The notes under the pieces: generated by a model
Databases searched by the model: none
Told to the model about the DNA's origin: nothing
The model's input: the letters and a program-made list of their open reading frames with translations, nothing else
DNA from: an uncultured delta proteobacterium
Lineage (GTDB): Bacteria; Desulfobacterota; Desulfobacteria; Desulfobacterales; JAHEIW01
DNA length: 64,000 nucleotides
Direction of reading: 5' to 3'
Assembly: GCA_963706575.1 (NCBI GenBank)
Contig: CAVPNL010000004.1
Location: 32,001 to 96,000 of the forward strand
Part shown: piece after piece, positions 49,421-60,123 of the stretch
Numbering within the stretch: position 1 is the first letter of the stretch
How the letters are laid out: the number at the start of each line of letters is the position of its first letter
Program-made: the position numbers and the translations under genes

Positions 49421-49705
49421 ATGAATTCAAGAATTAAGCAATACATTCTGATTGCGGTTCTCGCGGTGGCTGCATATTTCATGATGAGTAATCATTTCAT
49501 ATTTTACGGAACCAACCTCCATCTGTTAAAGAAACCGACACTCCACCTGCACTACACCTTTTTCAGCATTAAAGAGAAAAGGCCCAGAAGTGTCATGAAA
49601 ATCGATTATCTGCGGGAAGCCGGTATCGGTGACTTGCTCGTGGAATTGGGAATGATTAATCAACAGCAAAGAGCGGACCTGGAAAGCGAATATTCCTACG
49701 AGTAA
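49421..49705 (+). CDS. Small membrane-anchored hypothetical protein
   Basis: AAGG RBS, N-terminal TM ILIAVLAVAAYF, GIGDLLVELGMI tail. Confidence 0.7.
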   Translation: MNSRIKQYILIAVLAVAAYFMMSNHFIFYGTNLHLLKKPTLHLHYTFFSIKEKRPRSVMKIDYLREAGIGDLLVELGMINQQQRADLESEYSYE

Positions 49706-50835
49706 CTGGTTTGGTTTAGCGTGTTGGCAAAAACAACCAGCAATCCGCTCATTTGGGGCGACATTTCTTCAAATCGAATACCCAGTGCCATGGTCCGCTG
49801 CTCCTCCTGATAAACTTCATGGCTCCAGACAATCGATCCCAGCACATTGACGGTTATCGCCTCTGATGGCATTGAAATTTCAATTTTTGCGTTTTTTATA
49901 TTTTTATATATTGTAGGCACATTGGCATACTTGGCATCCAGCTCAATACACATCCCATCGACGGAAATATCTCTGGACTTGCCATCGAGTATGAGTCCGT
50001 AATAGCCGGCTGTGCCCGGCCATATTTTCAGATTCATCTTAACCGGCAGTTTATGTCGATTGGCCTTGCGAACTGCGCGCAGCGCTTCCACTTCCTCTTT
50101 GTTCGAACGCACCTTGAACAAATCAATAATTCCCAATTCGATGCGGGTATGACGCTGGCACATTGGTATTAATTTTTCCAGGGAAATTCTGGCCAGTTCA
50201 GTCGGACTGGTAGATGCTGTGTGGCAATGCGACAGCGTGCTTTCATTTAACGGATAAATATGCCCGAAAAAATCGTTTTCAGATAAATAAACGGTTGATT
50301 TGCGATGATCCAAATCAGTTTTCTTTAAGGGTTCATATGTTGTCGCTTTGATATTGCCTGCAACTATAAAGTAAAGGGCATTTTCCTTATCACCGATTTT
50401 GTTAATCGTTTTGCCGCCCGGCAGACGCATCAACTCCATCGCATTCATTACGGTAACCAACTCTGCATGGGATAGGCACGCTAAAAACGCATTTGTTGGT
50501 ATTTCATGATACTTGCTCTGGTGGAGGACGTCCCAGAATTTTTGGGTTTCCGCATCAGTCGGCGGCTGGATCCGCCATTTTAAAACCTGACAGATGACAG
50601 CCTGCAATAATAACCCGGCCGCAGCGTAGAGCTCAGCCGCCTGATGGTAAGACTGCACGGCCGTCTCTGATAATTGCTTGCGCACCAAAAGGTCGGCGTA
50701 GGCCCGATGCAACGCCGGGTCATTTGGAAAGATCTGAAGCATACCTTGAAATTCTTTAACGGAATCAATGGTGATCGATCCGTCAACAATATGCTTGGCA
50801 ATACTGATTTGTTTGCTCAACTGACCTTTCATCAT
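49696..50835 (-). CDS. TPR-like + cNMP-binding-like + PilZ domain protein
   Basis: ALYFIVAGNI...DFFG (cNMP fold, degenerate); RKANR and DISVDG PilZ motifs. Confidence 0.8.
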   Translation of the reverse strand: MMKGQLSKQISIAKHIVDGSITIDSVKEFQGMLQIFPNDPALHRAYADLLVRKQLSETAVQSYHQAAELYAAAGLLLQAVICQVLKWRIQPPTDAETQKFWDVLHQSKYHEIPTNAFLACLSHAELVTVMNAMELMRLPGGKTINKIGDKENALYFIVAGNIKATTYEPLKKTDLDHRKSTVYLSENDFFGHIYPLNESTLSHCHTASTSPTELARISLEKLIPMCQRHTRIELGIIDLFKVRSNKEEVEALRAVRKANRHKLPVKMNLKIWPGTAGYYGLILDGKSRDISVDGMCIELDAKYANVPTIYKNIKNAKIEISMPSEAITVNVLGSIVWSHEVYQEEQRTMALGIRFEEMSPQMSGLLVVFANTLNQTSYS

Positions 50836-50895
50836 TATTATATCTTATCGCAAATCCACTCCAAAGCGCAATCAACAAATTGATATAAAATCAAA

Positions 50896-53004
50896 TTAAT
50901 CGCCTTGATCCGCCAGTGCATTTAATTCCAGGGTAAGGGGTCTTTCTTCTTCACTTTTACCGGTGAATCTTATCGGGCCGGGTCTTCTGAAGTGATCCCC
51001 TTCCGAGTCCACCGCCAGCCATTTCTCCCGCTTGGTTTTGACCACCTGGAACGCAATGGAGTTAACATCGACGATACTTTTTTCCAGTACCAGTGCCAGC
51101 TTGCCTTTGCGTTCTTCCAGATGCATCAGGGGCGCAATCGGGATGCCGATGGGCTGCCATTTTGAAAAATCTTTTTCTAGATTTCGAATAGCCGCCATCT
51201 GGCCTGTGGCGCCGTTGGCAATCAGGCTGAAAACAGTGCGCCCCAGATTATAGGTATAGATACAGTCAAATCGCGTTGGGTCATTGCCCCTGCCGTCGTA
51301 TCCGTAAAAATGAATCTGGGTTTTGAAAGACGGCACTGACTTCTTATAAATTTCCTCGATGATCGTCGGTATGTCATCATCCGCTTTTAGCAGCCCCCCT
51401 TTCTCAAGAGACTGTCTTAAGGTTTTGACTGATATAATCTCGGTTTTTCTTAACAGGTATTCAGCTTGCCCGTAATTTTCAAATAACAGAGGACCGTAAG
51501 TGTCCGGGTCCAGATTGTCACGCATCAGCATTTTCTGAAAATAGGTTTGCTTAATTCCCAGACGGTAACGCCCTTCTTCTTTTAATATGTTAAGGTAATC
51601 CTTGACGAGGTCCATTATCACTTTCTCGGTTTCCACCTGGGAAAATGGAAAATTGCCGTGGCTGTCTCTTTCCATGAGCAAGCCTTCCTGGAAAAAAGCC
51701 GGGATATCGTTAAAAAGATCATCGTCACGGGTATTCCAGAGCGTATATGAAGCATCTTCCCGGGAGCGCTGGGCAAGCCGCCGCAGATATTCCAGTTTGT
51801 CTTCCAGCAGCAGAAAGGCCGCGTGAAAATCTTTGTCGTGGGTCTGGTTATGTTCGGCAATAATGGTATTGAGCTTAATGATAAATACCTGGATTTCGTT
51901 GATGAATTCCAGAACCCCTTCCGGAAGGATGATGACACCGTAGCTTTTGCCAACCGCGGCCCGCCGCAGAATGGATTCGCAAATCACGCGAGAGAGATGC
52001 CGCAGGGTCATGCCGTACGCATGAAAATCGATGGTGCCTTCCTGCCGGGCCTTTTTCAGGCGACCCTTGTCTATATAATCTGCCAGGTCCTCTCCAATCA
52101 GCGTCAGGTTTGCATGGGTTTGCAGGGCCGCCTCCAGAGCCAGGTGACTGGCCACCCGTCCCATGACTTTGCAGATATGCCAGTATTTGACATCCGAACT
52201 GCTGTCGGTACACAAATTGCTGATGGAATTGGCAAAAGCCCGGGCAGCGGTGTGAAACCCAAAAGACATGGCGCACAGAACGCTTCCATTGTCATCTCTG
52301 ACCTGGATATCGCCGTCGATCGTCTTGGGCACACCCAGAACCTGGATCCCGTCGGCAAACATTTCCTGGGCTAAAAATGCAGCATTGGTGTTGGAATCAT
52401 CTCCGCCGACAATCACCAGCGCATCCAGGTTGAGTTTTCGGCAGGTCTCTCTGGACAATTCCATCTTTTCGCGGGTGTCGATTTTGGTGCGCCCGGTTTT
52501 AATCATGGTAAAGCCCCCCAGGTTGCGATAGGCATCAACCAGATCATCATGGAGTTCAAGCGTTTCATTTTCGATAATCCCATCCGGGCCGACCAAAAAC
52601 CCGTAAACCCTGGATTCTGGATTGGCCTTTTTGGCCGCATCATACAGACCGGCGATGACATTATGCCCGCCGGGAGCGGGTCCCCCGGAAAAGACGATGC
52701 CGATGTTACGCTTTTTGCCATATGCTTCGGCAAAGGATGCATCCGCAGTTTTCAGACCTTCGATATTCTGTACCTTATTGTCGATAATATTCGGCAGCTG
52801 TTTCTGAGCTTCCTTGTCCACCGTGAACTTAAACTGGTCGGTTTCTTTCAGGATTGTAAATTTCTGCGAAAAGGCGTCACAGACCGGCGGCGAATATTGC
52901 CGTCTTTCAAGCATTTCCGGGTTTGTATCGTCGGTGACCCTCAGCACGACGGGGTGCTTCAACACATTTTTCATTTCCATTTTATACCTTTTTTTTCCTG
53001 GCAT
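50896..53004 (-). CDS. pfp: Pyrophosphate-dependent phosphofructokinase (long form)
   Basis: SGGPAPGGHNVI, GGDDSNT, PKTIDGD, MGR, FYGYDGR. Confidence 0.9.
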   Translation of the reverse strand: MPGKKRYKMEMKNVLKHPVVLRVTDDTNPEMLERRQYSPPVCDAFSQKFTILKETDQFKFTVDKEAQKQLPNIIDNKVQNIEGLKTADASFAEAYGKKRNIGIVFSGGPAPGGHNVIAGLYDAAKKANPESRVYGFLVGPDGIIENETLELHDDLVDAYRNLGGFTMIKTGRTKIDTREKMELSRETCRKLNLDALVIVGGDDSNTNAAFLAQEMFADGIQVLGVPKTIDGDIQVRDDNGSVLCAMSFGFHTAARAFANSISNLCTDSSSDVKYWHICKVMGRVASHLALEAALQTHANLTLIGEDLADYIDKGRLKKARQEGTIDFHAYGMTLRHLSRVICESILRRAAVGKSYGVIILPEGVLEFINEIQVFIIKLNTIIAEHNQTHDKDFHAAFLLLEDKLEYLRRLAQRSREDASYTLWNTRDDDLFNDIPAFFQEGLLMERDSHGNFPFSQVETEKVIMDLVKDYLNILKEEGRYRLGIKQTYFQKMLMRDNLDPDTYGPLLFENYGQAEYLLRKTEIISVKTLRQSLEKGGLLKADDDIPTIIEEIYKKSVPSFKTQIHFYGYDGRGNDPTRFDCIYTYNLGRTVFSLIANGATGQMAAIRNLEKDFSKWQPIGIPIAPLMHLEERKGKLALVLEKSIVDVNSIAFQVVKTKREKWLAVDSEGDHFRRPGPIRFTGKSEEERPLTLELNALADQGD

Positions 53005-53387
53005 GGTGATCTCCCCAAAGATAGATTTTATGGATTAAAATATATGCTGCCAATATCACTTAAGTTCTTATCCAACCTCATCTTATCGTGTCAATATTAT
53101 TTACAATAACGCAACGTTTCCACATCGCAAACTCGTCCCATCGATCCTCAAGCGGTTTAAATGCCGTTTAGTGAATGAATGGCTTTGAATTAAAGAACCG
53201 AATTTAAAAAAACGACTTGCCATTTATTATTATTGTGATAAGTATCTATCGTTTATAAGAGGCCGCATCAAGGTGGGGGAAAGAGAACAAACCTAAGAGA
53301 GAAATCTGTTAATGATGCGGATAGGGACGATGCGATTCGGTTTAACCCCTAAAAGTAAATTTTAACTAAATAAGGAGGAGGTTCAGA

Positions 53388-54215
53388 ATGAAAAAAGTAT
53401 TTTTATTGGGTGTAACTGCGTTATTTCTATGCGGGATTATTTTCAGCACGTCAGTGTTTGGGGCGGACATCGAACTCGCCAAAAAATCGACCATTGAAAA
53501 AATCCTGAAAAGTGGCAAATTGCGGGTCGGCTTCGAATCCGGTTACGTCCCGTTTGAAATGACCAACAAAAAGGGACAATTTATCGGATTTGACATGGAT
53601 TACGCCCGCCGATTAGCCAAAACCATGGGGGTTGAATTCGTACCGGTCAACACGGCCTGGGACGGCATCATCCCGGCCCTGATGACCGACAAATTCGATA
53701 TCATCATGGGCGGCATGACCATCACCCAGGAAAGAAATCTTAAAATCAACTTTGCCGACCCTTACATCGTTGTGGGGCAAACCATCCTGTTAAATAAAAA
53801 ACATGAAGACACGGTTAAAGACTACCGGGACCTCAACGACCCCAAATACATTATCACCTCCAGATTGGGCACCACCGGCGAACAGGCCGTTAAAAAATAC
53901 ATCCCCAAAGCCACCTACAAATCCTTTGAAACCGAAGCCGACGCCGGCATGGAAGTGATCAACGGCAAAGCCGACGCCCTCGTATATGATTTACCGTTCT
54001 GCGGGTTTCTGTACGGCAGCCAGGGCCAGGGCAAGACCATTTTTCTGAGCGACCCCTTCACCTTCGAACCGCTGGCCTGGGCCATCAACAAGGGAGACCC
54101 GGATTTTCTGAACTTTCTAAACAACTTCTTGAGACAGTCCAGGGGCGACGGCTTCTATGAGAGGCTTTTCAAAAAGTGGATCATTGGTACCGACTGGAAA
54201 GCAGAAGTTGAATAA
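53388..54215 (+). CDS. Polar amino-acid ABC transporter substrate-binding protein
   Basis: Signal peptide, YVPFEM, GFDMD, WDGIIPAL, GMTITQER; AGGAGG RBS. Confidence 0.95.
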   Translation: MKKVFLLGVTALFLCGIIFSTSVFGADIELAKKSTIEKILKSGKLRVGFESGYVPFEMTNKKGQFIGFDMDYARRLAKTMGVEFVPVNTAWDGIIPALMTDKFDIIMGGMTITQERNLKINFADPYIVVGQTILLNKKHEDTVKDYRDLNDPKYIITSRLGTTGEQAVKKYIPKATYKSFETEADAGMEVINGKADALVYDLPFCGFLYGSQGQGKTIFLSDPFTFEPLAWAINKGDPDFLNFLNNFLRQSRGDGFYERLFKKWIIGTDWKAEVE

Positions 54216-54250
54216 GCAATCCGTCTCGCCAGTAATTGTTTTTCAACCAC

Positions 54251-54332
54251 AAACATGCCGGCCCTGCCTGTTGCAGGCGCGGCCGGCATGTTTATGCCAG
54301 CCCTGCCTGTTGCAGGCGCGGCCGGCATGTTT
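54251..54332. repeat. Tandemly duplicated GC-rich hairpin between binding-protein and permease genes
   Basis: ATGCCGGCCCTGCCTGTTGCAGGCGCGGCCGGCATGTTT occurs twice head-to-tail with one mismatch. Confidence 0.85.
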
Positions 54333-54420
54333 CACAACAAAGTGAAAACCGGGCGGGTTCATCCGTTTCGGCTGAACCGCCTTAGCACCTGCACCCTTTT
54401 TAAGGACGGAAAAACAGGTT

Positions 54421-55431
54421 ATGGGAAAATCTGAAAATAAGCAGCCGACAGTGAGGCCCGCTCATTACAATCTATGGGTCGGTGTTTTCTGTGTAATTAT
54501 CTTGGTCGCGGCCGGCGCCTTTTATTATGCGTCTCAGAGAATCGAGTATGTGTGGCGCTGGAACCGGGTCCCGATCTATTTCGCATACAAAGACGATATT
54601 CAGATCACCTCGGGAATTGATGGAGATGTCGAATCGATCACGACAGCCGACAAAAAATCCATTATCACCATAAAAGGCCTCGACGGAAGCGAATCATACA
54701 AAGCACCGGCCGTCAGCGTCAGTGTTGAAGAAGGTGAGATGATCTCCATCGGCGACACCCTGGCGACATACCAGGAGTGGAAACCCGGTCTTCTGATCAT
54801 CGGCCTGTGGATTACGCTGCAAATCAGTGTGATTGCAACCATTTTGGGCGTGATTATCGGCATCGTCGGCGGTCTTGCGCGCATTTCATCCAACCCCGCA
54901 TTGAAATGGCTGACGATCATCTACGTTGAAATCATCCGCGGCTCGCCGTTGATGGTCCAAATTCTGATCTGGTATTTCGTTCTGGGAACGGTGATCAATG
55001 AACTGCTGGCCACTTCCGGGATGGGACGACTGCCGGCCTTCTGGTACGGGGTGGCGTCTTTGGCCTGCTTTGCCGGCGCATATGTCACCGAAATCGTCAG
55101 GGCCGGCATCCAATCCATCCATCGCGGACAGACGGAAGCCGCCCGTTCGCTGGGCATGTCATACGCCCAGTCCATGCTGCATATTATTTTGCCCCAGGCC
55201 TTGCGAAGAATTCTGCCGCCGCTGGCGGGTCAGTTCATCAGCCTGATCAAAGACTCTTCTTTGCTCGGAATGATTGCCATCCGCGAATTAACCAAGGCGG
55301 CCAGAGAAGCGGTTACCGTCAGTTTACAGCCTTTTGAAGTTTTTTTTCTGGCAGCGGCACTGTATCTCGTCTTAACCTTTACACTTTCCATGGTTGTTCA
55401 ACGACTTGAGAAAAGGATGGCATTCGAGTGA
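54421..55431 (+). CDS. Polar amino-acid ABC transporter permease
   Basis: [35 protein letters not shown] (EAA motif), LIKDSSL. Confidence 0.95.
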   Translation: MGKSENKQPTVRPAHYNLWVGVFCVIILVAAGAFYYASQRIEYVWRWNRVPIYFAYKDDIQITSGIDGDVESITTADKKSIITIKGLDGSESYKAPAVSVSVEEGEMISIGDTLATYQEWKPGLLIIGLWITLQISVIATILGVIIGIVGGLARISSNPALKWLTIIYVEIIRGSPLMVQILIWYFVLGTVINELLATSGMGRLPAFWYGVASLACFAGAYVTEIVRAGIQSIHRGQTEAARSLGMSYAQSMLHIILPQALRRILPPLAGQFISLIKDSSLLGMIAIRELTKAAREAVTVSLQPFEVFFLAAALYLVLTFTLSMVVQRLEKRMAFE

Positions 55432-56159
55432 TCGATGTAAAAAACATATATAAAACGTTTTGGGTGCCCCAGGAAGTCAAGGCCCTGGTCGATGTTTCCA
55501 CCAAAATTGAAGCCGGAGAGGTGGTGGTGGTTTGCGGCCCTTCCGGATCGGGCAAAAGTACTTACCTCAGATGTCTGAACCGTTTGGAAAAAGCAGACGC
55601 GGGGCATATTTTCATTGACGACGTCGACGTTCTGGATCCAAAAACCAATATCAACAAGATCCGGGCCGAGGTTGGCATGGTGTTTCAATCGTTCAATTTG
55701 TTCCCCCACAAAACCGTCTTTGATAATGTGACGCTGGCCCAAAAAGTGGTCCGCAAACGCTCCACGGCCGATGCGAAAGAAAAGTCTGATTTTCTTCTAA
55801 AAAAAGTCGGTATCCATGATAAATCCAATGCCTATCCCGACAATTTGTCCGGCGGCCAGCAGCAGCGGGTGGCTATCGCCCGCGCCCTGGCCATGGATCC
55901 CAAGGTGATGCTGTTTGACGAACCCACCTCGGCGCTGGATCCCGAGATGATCGGCGAAGTGCTGGATGTCATGAAAACGCTGGCCAAAGAGGGCATGACC
56001 ATGGTGTGCGTGACCCATGAAATGGGGTTTGCCCGGGAGGTGGCCGATCGCGTCATATTTATGGATGAAGGGGCGATTGTCGAAGTCGGCACCCCTGAGC
56101 ACTTTTTTAAGAACCCCACCCATGAGCGCACCAAGCTGTTTTTGAGCCAGATCCTCTAG
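55428..56159 (+). CDS. Polar amino-acid ABC transporter ATP-binding protein (GlnQ family)
   Basis: [36 protein letters not shown]. Confidence 0.96.
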   Translation: MIDVKNIYKTFWVPQEVKALVDVSTKIEAGEVVVVCGPSGSGKSTYLRCLNRLEKADAGHIFIDDVDVLDPKTNINKIRAEVGMVFQSFNLFPHKTVFDNVTLAQKVVRKRSTADAKEKSDFLLKKVGIHDKSNAYPDNLSGGQQQRVAIARALAMDPKVMLFDEPTSALDPEMIGEVLDVMKTLAKEGMTMVCVTHEMGFAREVADRVIFMDEGAIVEVGTPEHFFKNPTHERTKLFLSQIL

Positions 56160-56244
56160 ACGCAAAGCGCGTAGCGCAGAGCGCAAAGCGTAAAATGAAT
56201 CTAAAGTGATACGCCATGCGCTATGCCCTTTGCTCCATGCCTAT

Positions 56245-56292
56245 ACACCACATCTTGTATCTAAGGCATTAAAATTATACCGTAACTTGTGT
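56245..56292. promoter_or_regulatory. Tandem NrdR-box-like sites upstream of smc
   Basis: ACACCACATCTTGTAT (56245-56260) and ATACCGTAACTTGTGT (56277-56292), starts 32 bp apart. Confidence 0.55.
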
Positions 56293-56508
56293 TTTTCCTT
56301 TACAAGCGGTTCTCATCCTGCTATGATTTGCCAGTGAAATTCAAAACAGCTTTCCGATCATCTTTGAAGCCCAGATTTACCTGAAAAAAGCTTCAGCAGG
56401 TAAGTTTCAGGCTTTTTTCACCTAATGGGTTGTAAACAAAATTAAAAACAGGGGTATGGAAGATAAGTGCGTCAATTCAAGTAAAACGATCCGGGGAGAT
56501 CTTGATAT

Positions 56509-59500
56509 ATGAAATTAAAGAAACTTGAAATTATTGGATTCAAATCTTTTTACGACAAGGCCAACATTCAATTCCCACAGGGCATCTCGGCGGTGGTGGG
56601 GCCCAATGGTTGCGGTAAAAGCAATATCATTGATGCCTTGAGATGGGTCATGGGGGAACAAAGCATCAAACAGCTGCGCGGTAAATCAATGGAAGACGTA
56701 ATCTTCTCGGGCGCCAACAGCAAGGCGCCGCTAAATATGGCCGAGGTCTCTTTAACCCTGTCAAACGATAATGGTGATAGCCCCGAAGAACTGAAAGATT
56801 TTACCGAAATTAACCTTACCCGTCGTCTTTACCGCTCGGGTGAAAGCGCTTATTTTTTGAACAAACAGCCCTGCCGGCTAAAGGACATTCACAATGTCTT
56901 CTGGGGCAGCGGTCTCGGTTCTAAATCTTATGCCATTATCCAGCAGGGAAAAATTGGCGCCATCACCGATGCAAACCCGGAAGAGCTCCGCTTTTTCGTC
57001 GAAGAGGCCGCCGGCGTCACGCGCTATAAAAACCGCAAATACGAGGCGCTGCGAAAAATCAACACCACCCAGAACAATCTGCTGCGCGTCACCGACATAA
57101 TTTCGGAAATTAAACGCCAGATGGCCAGTCTGAAACGTCAGGCCCGCAAGGCTGAAATCTACAACAATTACCAGAAGCAGATTCAAGCCCTGGAGATATG
57201 CCTGGGCGTGCATTATTTTGAGGATTACGCCAGCCGGATCCAGGAGACGGATTCCCTGTTAAACGAACTACAGGATTTGGACCTCAGCCATGTCACCGAA
57301 ATCAAAAAGCTGGATGCTTCAGTTGAAGAAATCAAGCTAAAACGCTGGCAAAAAAACCAGGAAATATCCGAACAAAAATCCAGCCAATTTGAAACCCAAC
57401 GCAACATAGACCGCAACGAGAATGACCTCATTCACTTGCGCAAAGAAATCAAAAGACTTTCGGAAGAGTCTGTCGAGCTTAAAGCCGCCCGGGTTCAACT
57501 GGAAGAAAAAAACCATCAGATGCTTTCAGAAATTGACCAGGTAAGAAATGAAGCCTCTGCGATTAATGCAGAAATCACCACGGTCAGGACCCGGATCGAT
57601 CAGGAAAAAGCGTCTAGCGAAACGATTACCGAAAAATTAGCGCAACTCAATAACGATCTGGAATCGAATAAAGCCGGCTTAATGGATTTGGTCGCCCGGG
57701 AAGCGCAATACAAAAACATTTATCAAACCACCATCAACAATAAAGAAAGCCTGCAAAAACGTCTGACAAAAGTTGATGAAGATCTGGATCAGGCTAAAAA
57801 GGAAATTCGCCGGACCCGCGGGCTGGAAGGCAAAGCCCGTGAGCAGCTTGCGACCATTAAACAAGAGATAGCGGATCTGACGGATCAGGTCACGACTACC
57901 GGCAAGCAGTTGGAGCAAAAAAACGGTGCCCTTGGCCAGCAGGTCAAATTGACCCAGAAGACAGAACTGGAGCGCAATACGGTCAAATCAAACTTAAATA
58001 CTTTAAAGAAAATGGAGGACAATTTCGAATGGTACCGGGACGGGGTCAAGGCCATTATGAGGCCTCAAAACACCGATGAGTCCTCGATCAGCCAGGAAGT
58101 ATCTGCTAAAATCATCGGACTTATGGCGGATATTATTGAGGCCAAACCGACATTTGAAACCGCGGTGGAGGCAGTTCTGGGCGACGCCCTCCAATATATC
58201 ATTGTTAAAGATCAGGATGCCGGCCTTAAAGCCATCGATTATTTGCAATCCAGCAGTGCCGGCCGAAGTGGCTTCATCCCGCTTCCCGCCGTGAAACGCG
58301 TCGATAGCGATCAGGCGGGCAAAGCCGTTTCAGGGCAGCTGCTTTTAGATCAGATTAAGGTCAAGTCCGGCTACGAACCCATTGTTGATGCCCTGCTGGG
58401 TCATGTGGTTTTCACGGAAAATATGGCCGAAGCCATAGAGATGTATAATCGCAATGGCGAGTCAAAGACGATTGTCACCAAAAATGGTGATCTTATATCC
58501 CCCCAGGGCATCCTGATCGGCGGCAGCAAAGACAAACTGAACGGTATTCTAACCAAGAAGCAAGAGATCAAAGATCTCAGCCGCCGCAGTATTGAGGTGG
58601 ATAAAAAACTGGAAAAAGCCCGCCGGGACCAGAGCACATTGGAATCGGAAGCTCGCCAACTCGAAAGCCAGCTGCAACAGCTTACTGAAAAGAAGAATAA
58701 CGCTTCAAAAGCCGAAATCGAGGCCGAAAAAGAGCAGGTAAAGGCTTCTGAAGAACTCAAAAACGCCAACCGCCATCTGGAAATCATCACACTGGAAAAA
58801 GAACAACTGCAGGGCGAAGCCAGTGATATCGATGAAGAAATGAGCAAATATAATACGGCCCTGGCTGAGCTGTCGACGGAAGTTACGGCTGCTCACGATA
58901 AAGTTACCAATATCTCCGCAACCATCGGCACGGTTTCGCAGGAACTGGAAGCATACCATCAAAAAGTCGTCGATCTGCAGATGAAGTCAACAGAGCTGAA
59001 TGCAAAATTGGAAAATGCCAATAGCAGCTTAAGACGACTCACAGAATATCATAATGATAGCTTAAGCCGCCTGGAACAACTTGCAGCGGAAATTCATGAA
59101 AAACAACACAAGGAAGAAACCGCAAAACAGCAAGTAACCGAATATGATCAAAAGCTTTCCGAAATGTATCAGAACATGGAAACGCTTGATCAGTCCCTCA
59201 AAACCAGCGAAGCGCATTACCAGGCCATTGATCAGGAACTCAAAGAAAGCGACGGCAAGATATCGGGCATAAAAAGCCAACGCGAAAAGACATTGGAAAA
59301 AGTCCGCCTGCTGGAGCTTGAACAATCGGAGCGTAAAATTAAGAAAGAAAATATTGCCAAACAGCTGGAGGAAAAATATCGCAAGTCGTTTTCGGTACTA
59401 AAAGCCGAGTTCAATCATGATTCCGAGAGTATCGAATTGACTTCGGAAAAAACCTTCGAGCAAATGGAAGAGGAACTGGAAACCACCAAAGCCAAAATCG

Positions 59501-60117
59501 TTAAAATTGATGATGTTAATCTGGGCGCCATTCGGGAATATGAACAGCTCAAAGATCGATTTGATTTTCTCGAGGAGCAGCGCGATGATCTGGTTCGTGC
59601 CATTAAGGATCTGCACAAAGTGATCAAGAAAATTAACGCCATCACCCAGAAACGCTTCCTGGAAACCTTTGATTTGATCAATCAGAAATTAAACGAAGTT
59701 TTTCCCAGGCTTTTTGGCGGTGGTAAGGCCAACCTTATCTTGCAAGACCCAAACGATCCTTTGGAAACCGGTGTGGAGTTTATGATCCATCCGCCGGGAA
59801 AAAAGCTGACCCGTTTAAGTCTTCTTTCAGGCGGTGAAAAGGCCATGGCCGCCATTGCTTTCATATTTTCAATCTTCTTGATCAAACCGACTGCTTTTTG
59901 TCTTCTGGATGAAATCGATGCCCCGCTGGATGATGCGAACGTATATCGGTTTAATGATCTGCTTAAGATTATCGGGGAAAAATCACAGATCATAATGATC
60001 ACACACAATAAAAACAGCATGGAATTTGCCGATACCCTCTTCGGAATTACCATGGAAGAAAAGGGCATATCCAAGATCGTCTCAGTTAACTTTGATGCTG
60101 CATATTCCCCCAATTAA
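56509..60117 (+). CDS. smc: Chromosome segregation protein SMC
   Basis: GFKSF, GPNGCGKSN, coiled coils, hinge GRSGFIPL, LSGGEK, LDEIDAPLD. Confidence 0.98.
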   Translation: MKLKKLEIIGFKSFYDKANIQFPQGISAVVGPNGCGKSNIIDALRWVMGEQSIKQLRGKSMEDVIFSGANSKAPLNMAEVSLTLSNDNGDSPEELKDFTEINLTRRLYRSGESAYFLNKQPCRLKDIHNVFWGSGLGSKSYAIIQQGKIGAITDANPEELRFFVEEAAGVTRYKNRKYEALRKINTTQNNLLRVTDIISEIKRQMASLKRQARKAEIYNNYQKQIQALEICLGVHYFEDYASRIQETDSLLNELQDLDLSHVTEIKKLDASVEEIKLKRWQKNQEISEQKSSQFETQRNIDRNENDLIHLRKEIKRLSEESVELKAARVQLEEKNHQMLSEIDQVRNEASAINAEITTVRTRIDQEKASSETITEKLAQLNNDLESNKAGLMDLVAREAQYKNIYQTTINNKESLQKRLTKVDEDLDQAKKEIRRTRGLEGKAREQLATIKQEIADLTDQVTTTGKQLEQKNGALGQQVKLTQKTELERNTVKSNLNTLKKMEDNFEWYRDGVKAIMRPQNTDESSISQEVSAKIIGLMADIIEAKPTFETAVEAVLGDALQYIIVKDQDAGLKAIDYLQSSSAGRSGFIPLPAVKRVDSDQAGKAVSGQLLLDQIKVKSGYEPIVDALLGHVVFTENMAEAIEMYNRNGESKTIVTKNGDLISPQGILIGGSKDKLNGILTKKQEIKDLSRRSIEVDKKLEKARRDQSTLESEARQLESQLQQLTEKKNNASKAEIEAEKEQVKASEELKNANRHLEIITLEKEQLQGEASDIDEEMSKYNTALAELSTEVTAAHDKVTNISATIGTVSQELEAYHQKVVDLQMKSTELNAKLENANSSLRRLTEYHNDSLSRLEQLAAEIHEKQHKEETAKQQVTEYDQKLSEMYQNMETLDQSLKTSEAHYQAIDQELKESDGKISGIKSQREKTLEKVRLLELEQSERKIKKENIAKQLEEKYRKSFSVLKAEFNHDSESIELTSEKTFEQMEEELETTKAKIVKIDDVNLGAIREYEQLKDRFDFLEEQRDDLVRAIKDLHKVIKKINAITQKRFLETFDLINQKLNEVFPRLFGGGKANLILQDPNDPLETGVEFMIHPPGKKLTRLSLLSGGEKAMAAIAFIFSIFLIKPTAFCLLDEIDAPLDDANVYRFNDLLKIIGEKSQIIMITHNKNSMEFADTLFGITMEEKGISKIVSVNFDAAYSPN

Positions 60118-60123
60118 GCAGAC

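Noticed and set aside
53257..53350. Lysine or other riboswitch ahead of the amino-acid ABC operon
   Set aside because: There is an AGAGGCCGC start and a CCGCATCA/TGATGCGG stem, but the AGUA/GAAAGG loop-E and GCCGAA elements are missing and the leader is too short.
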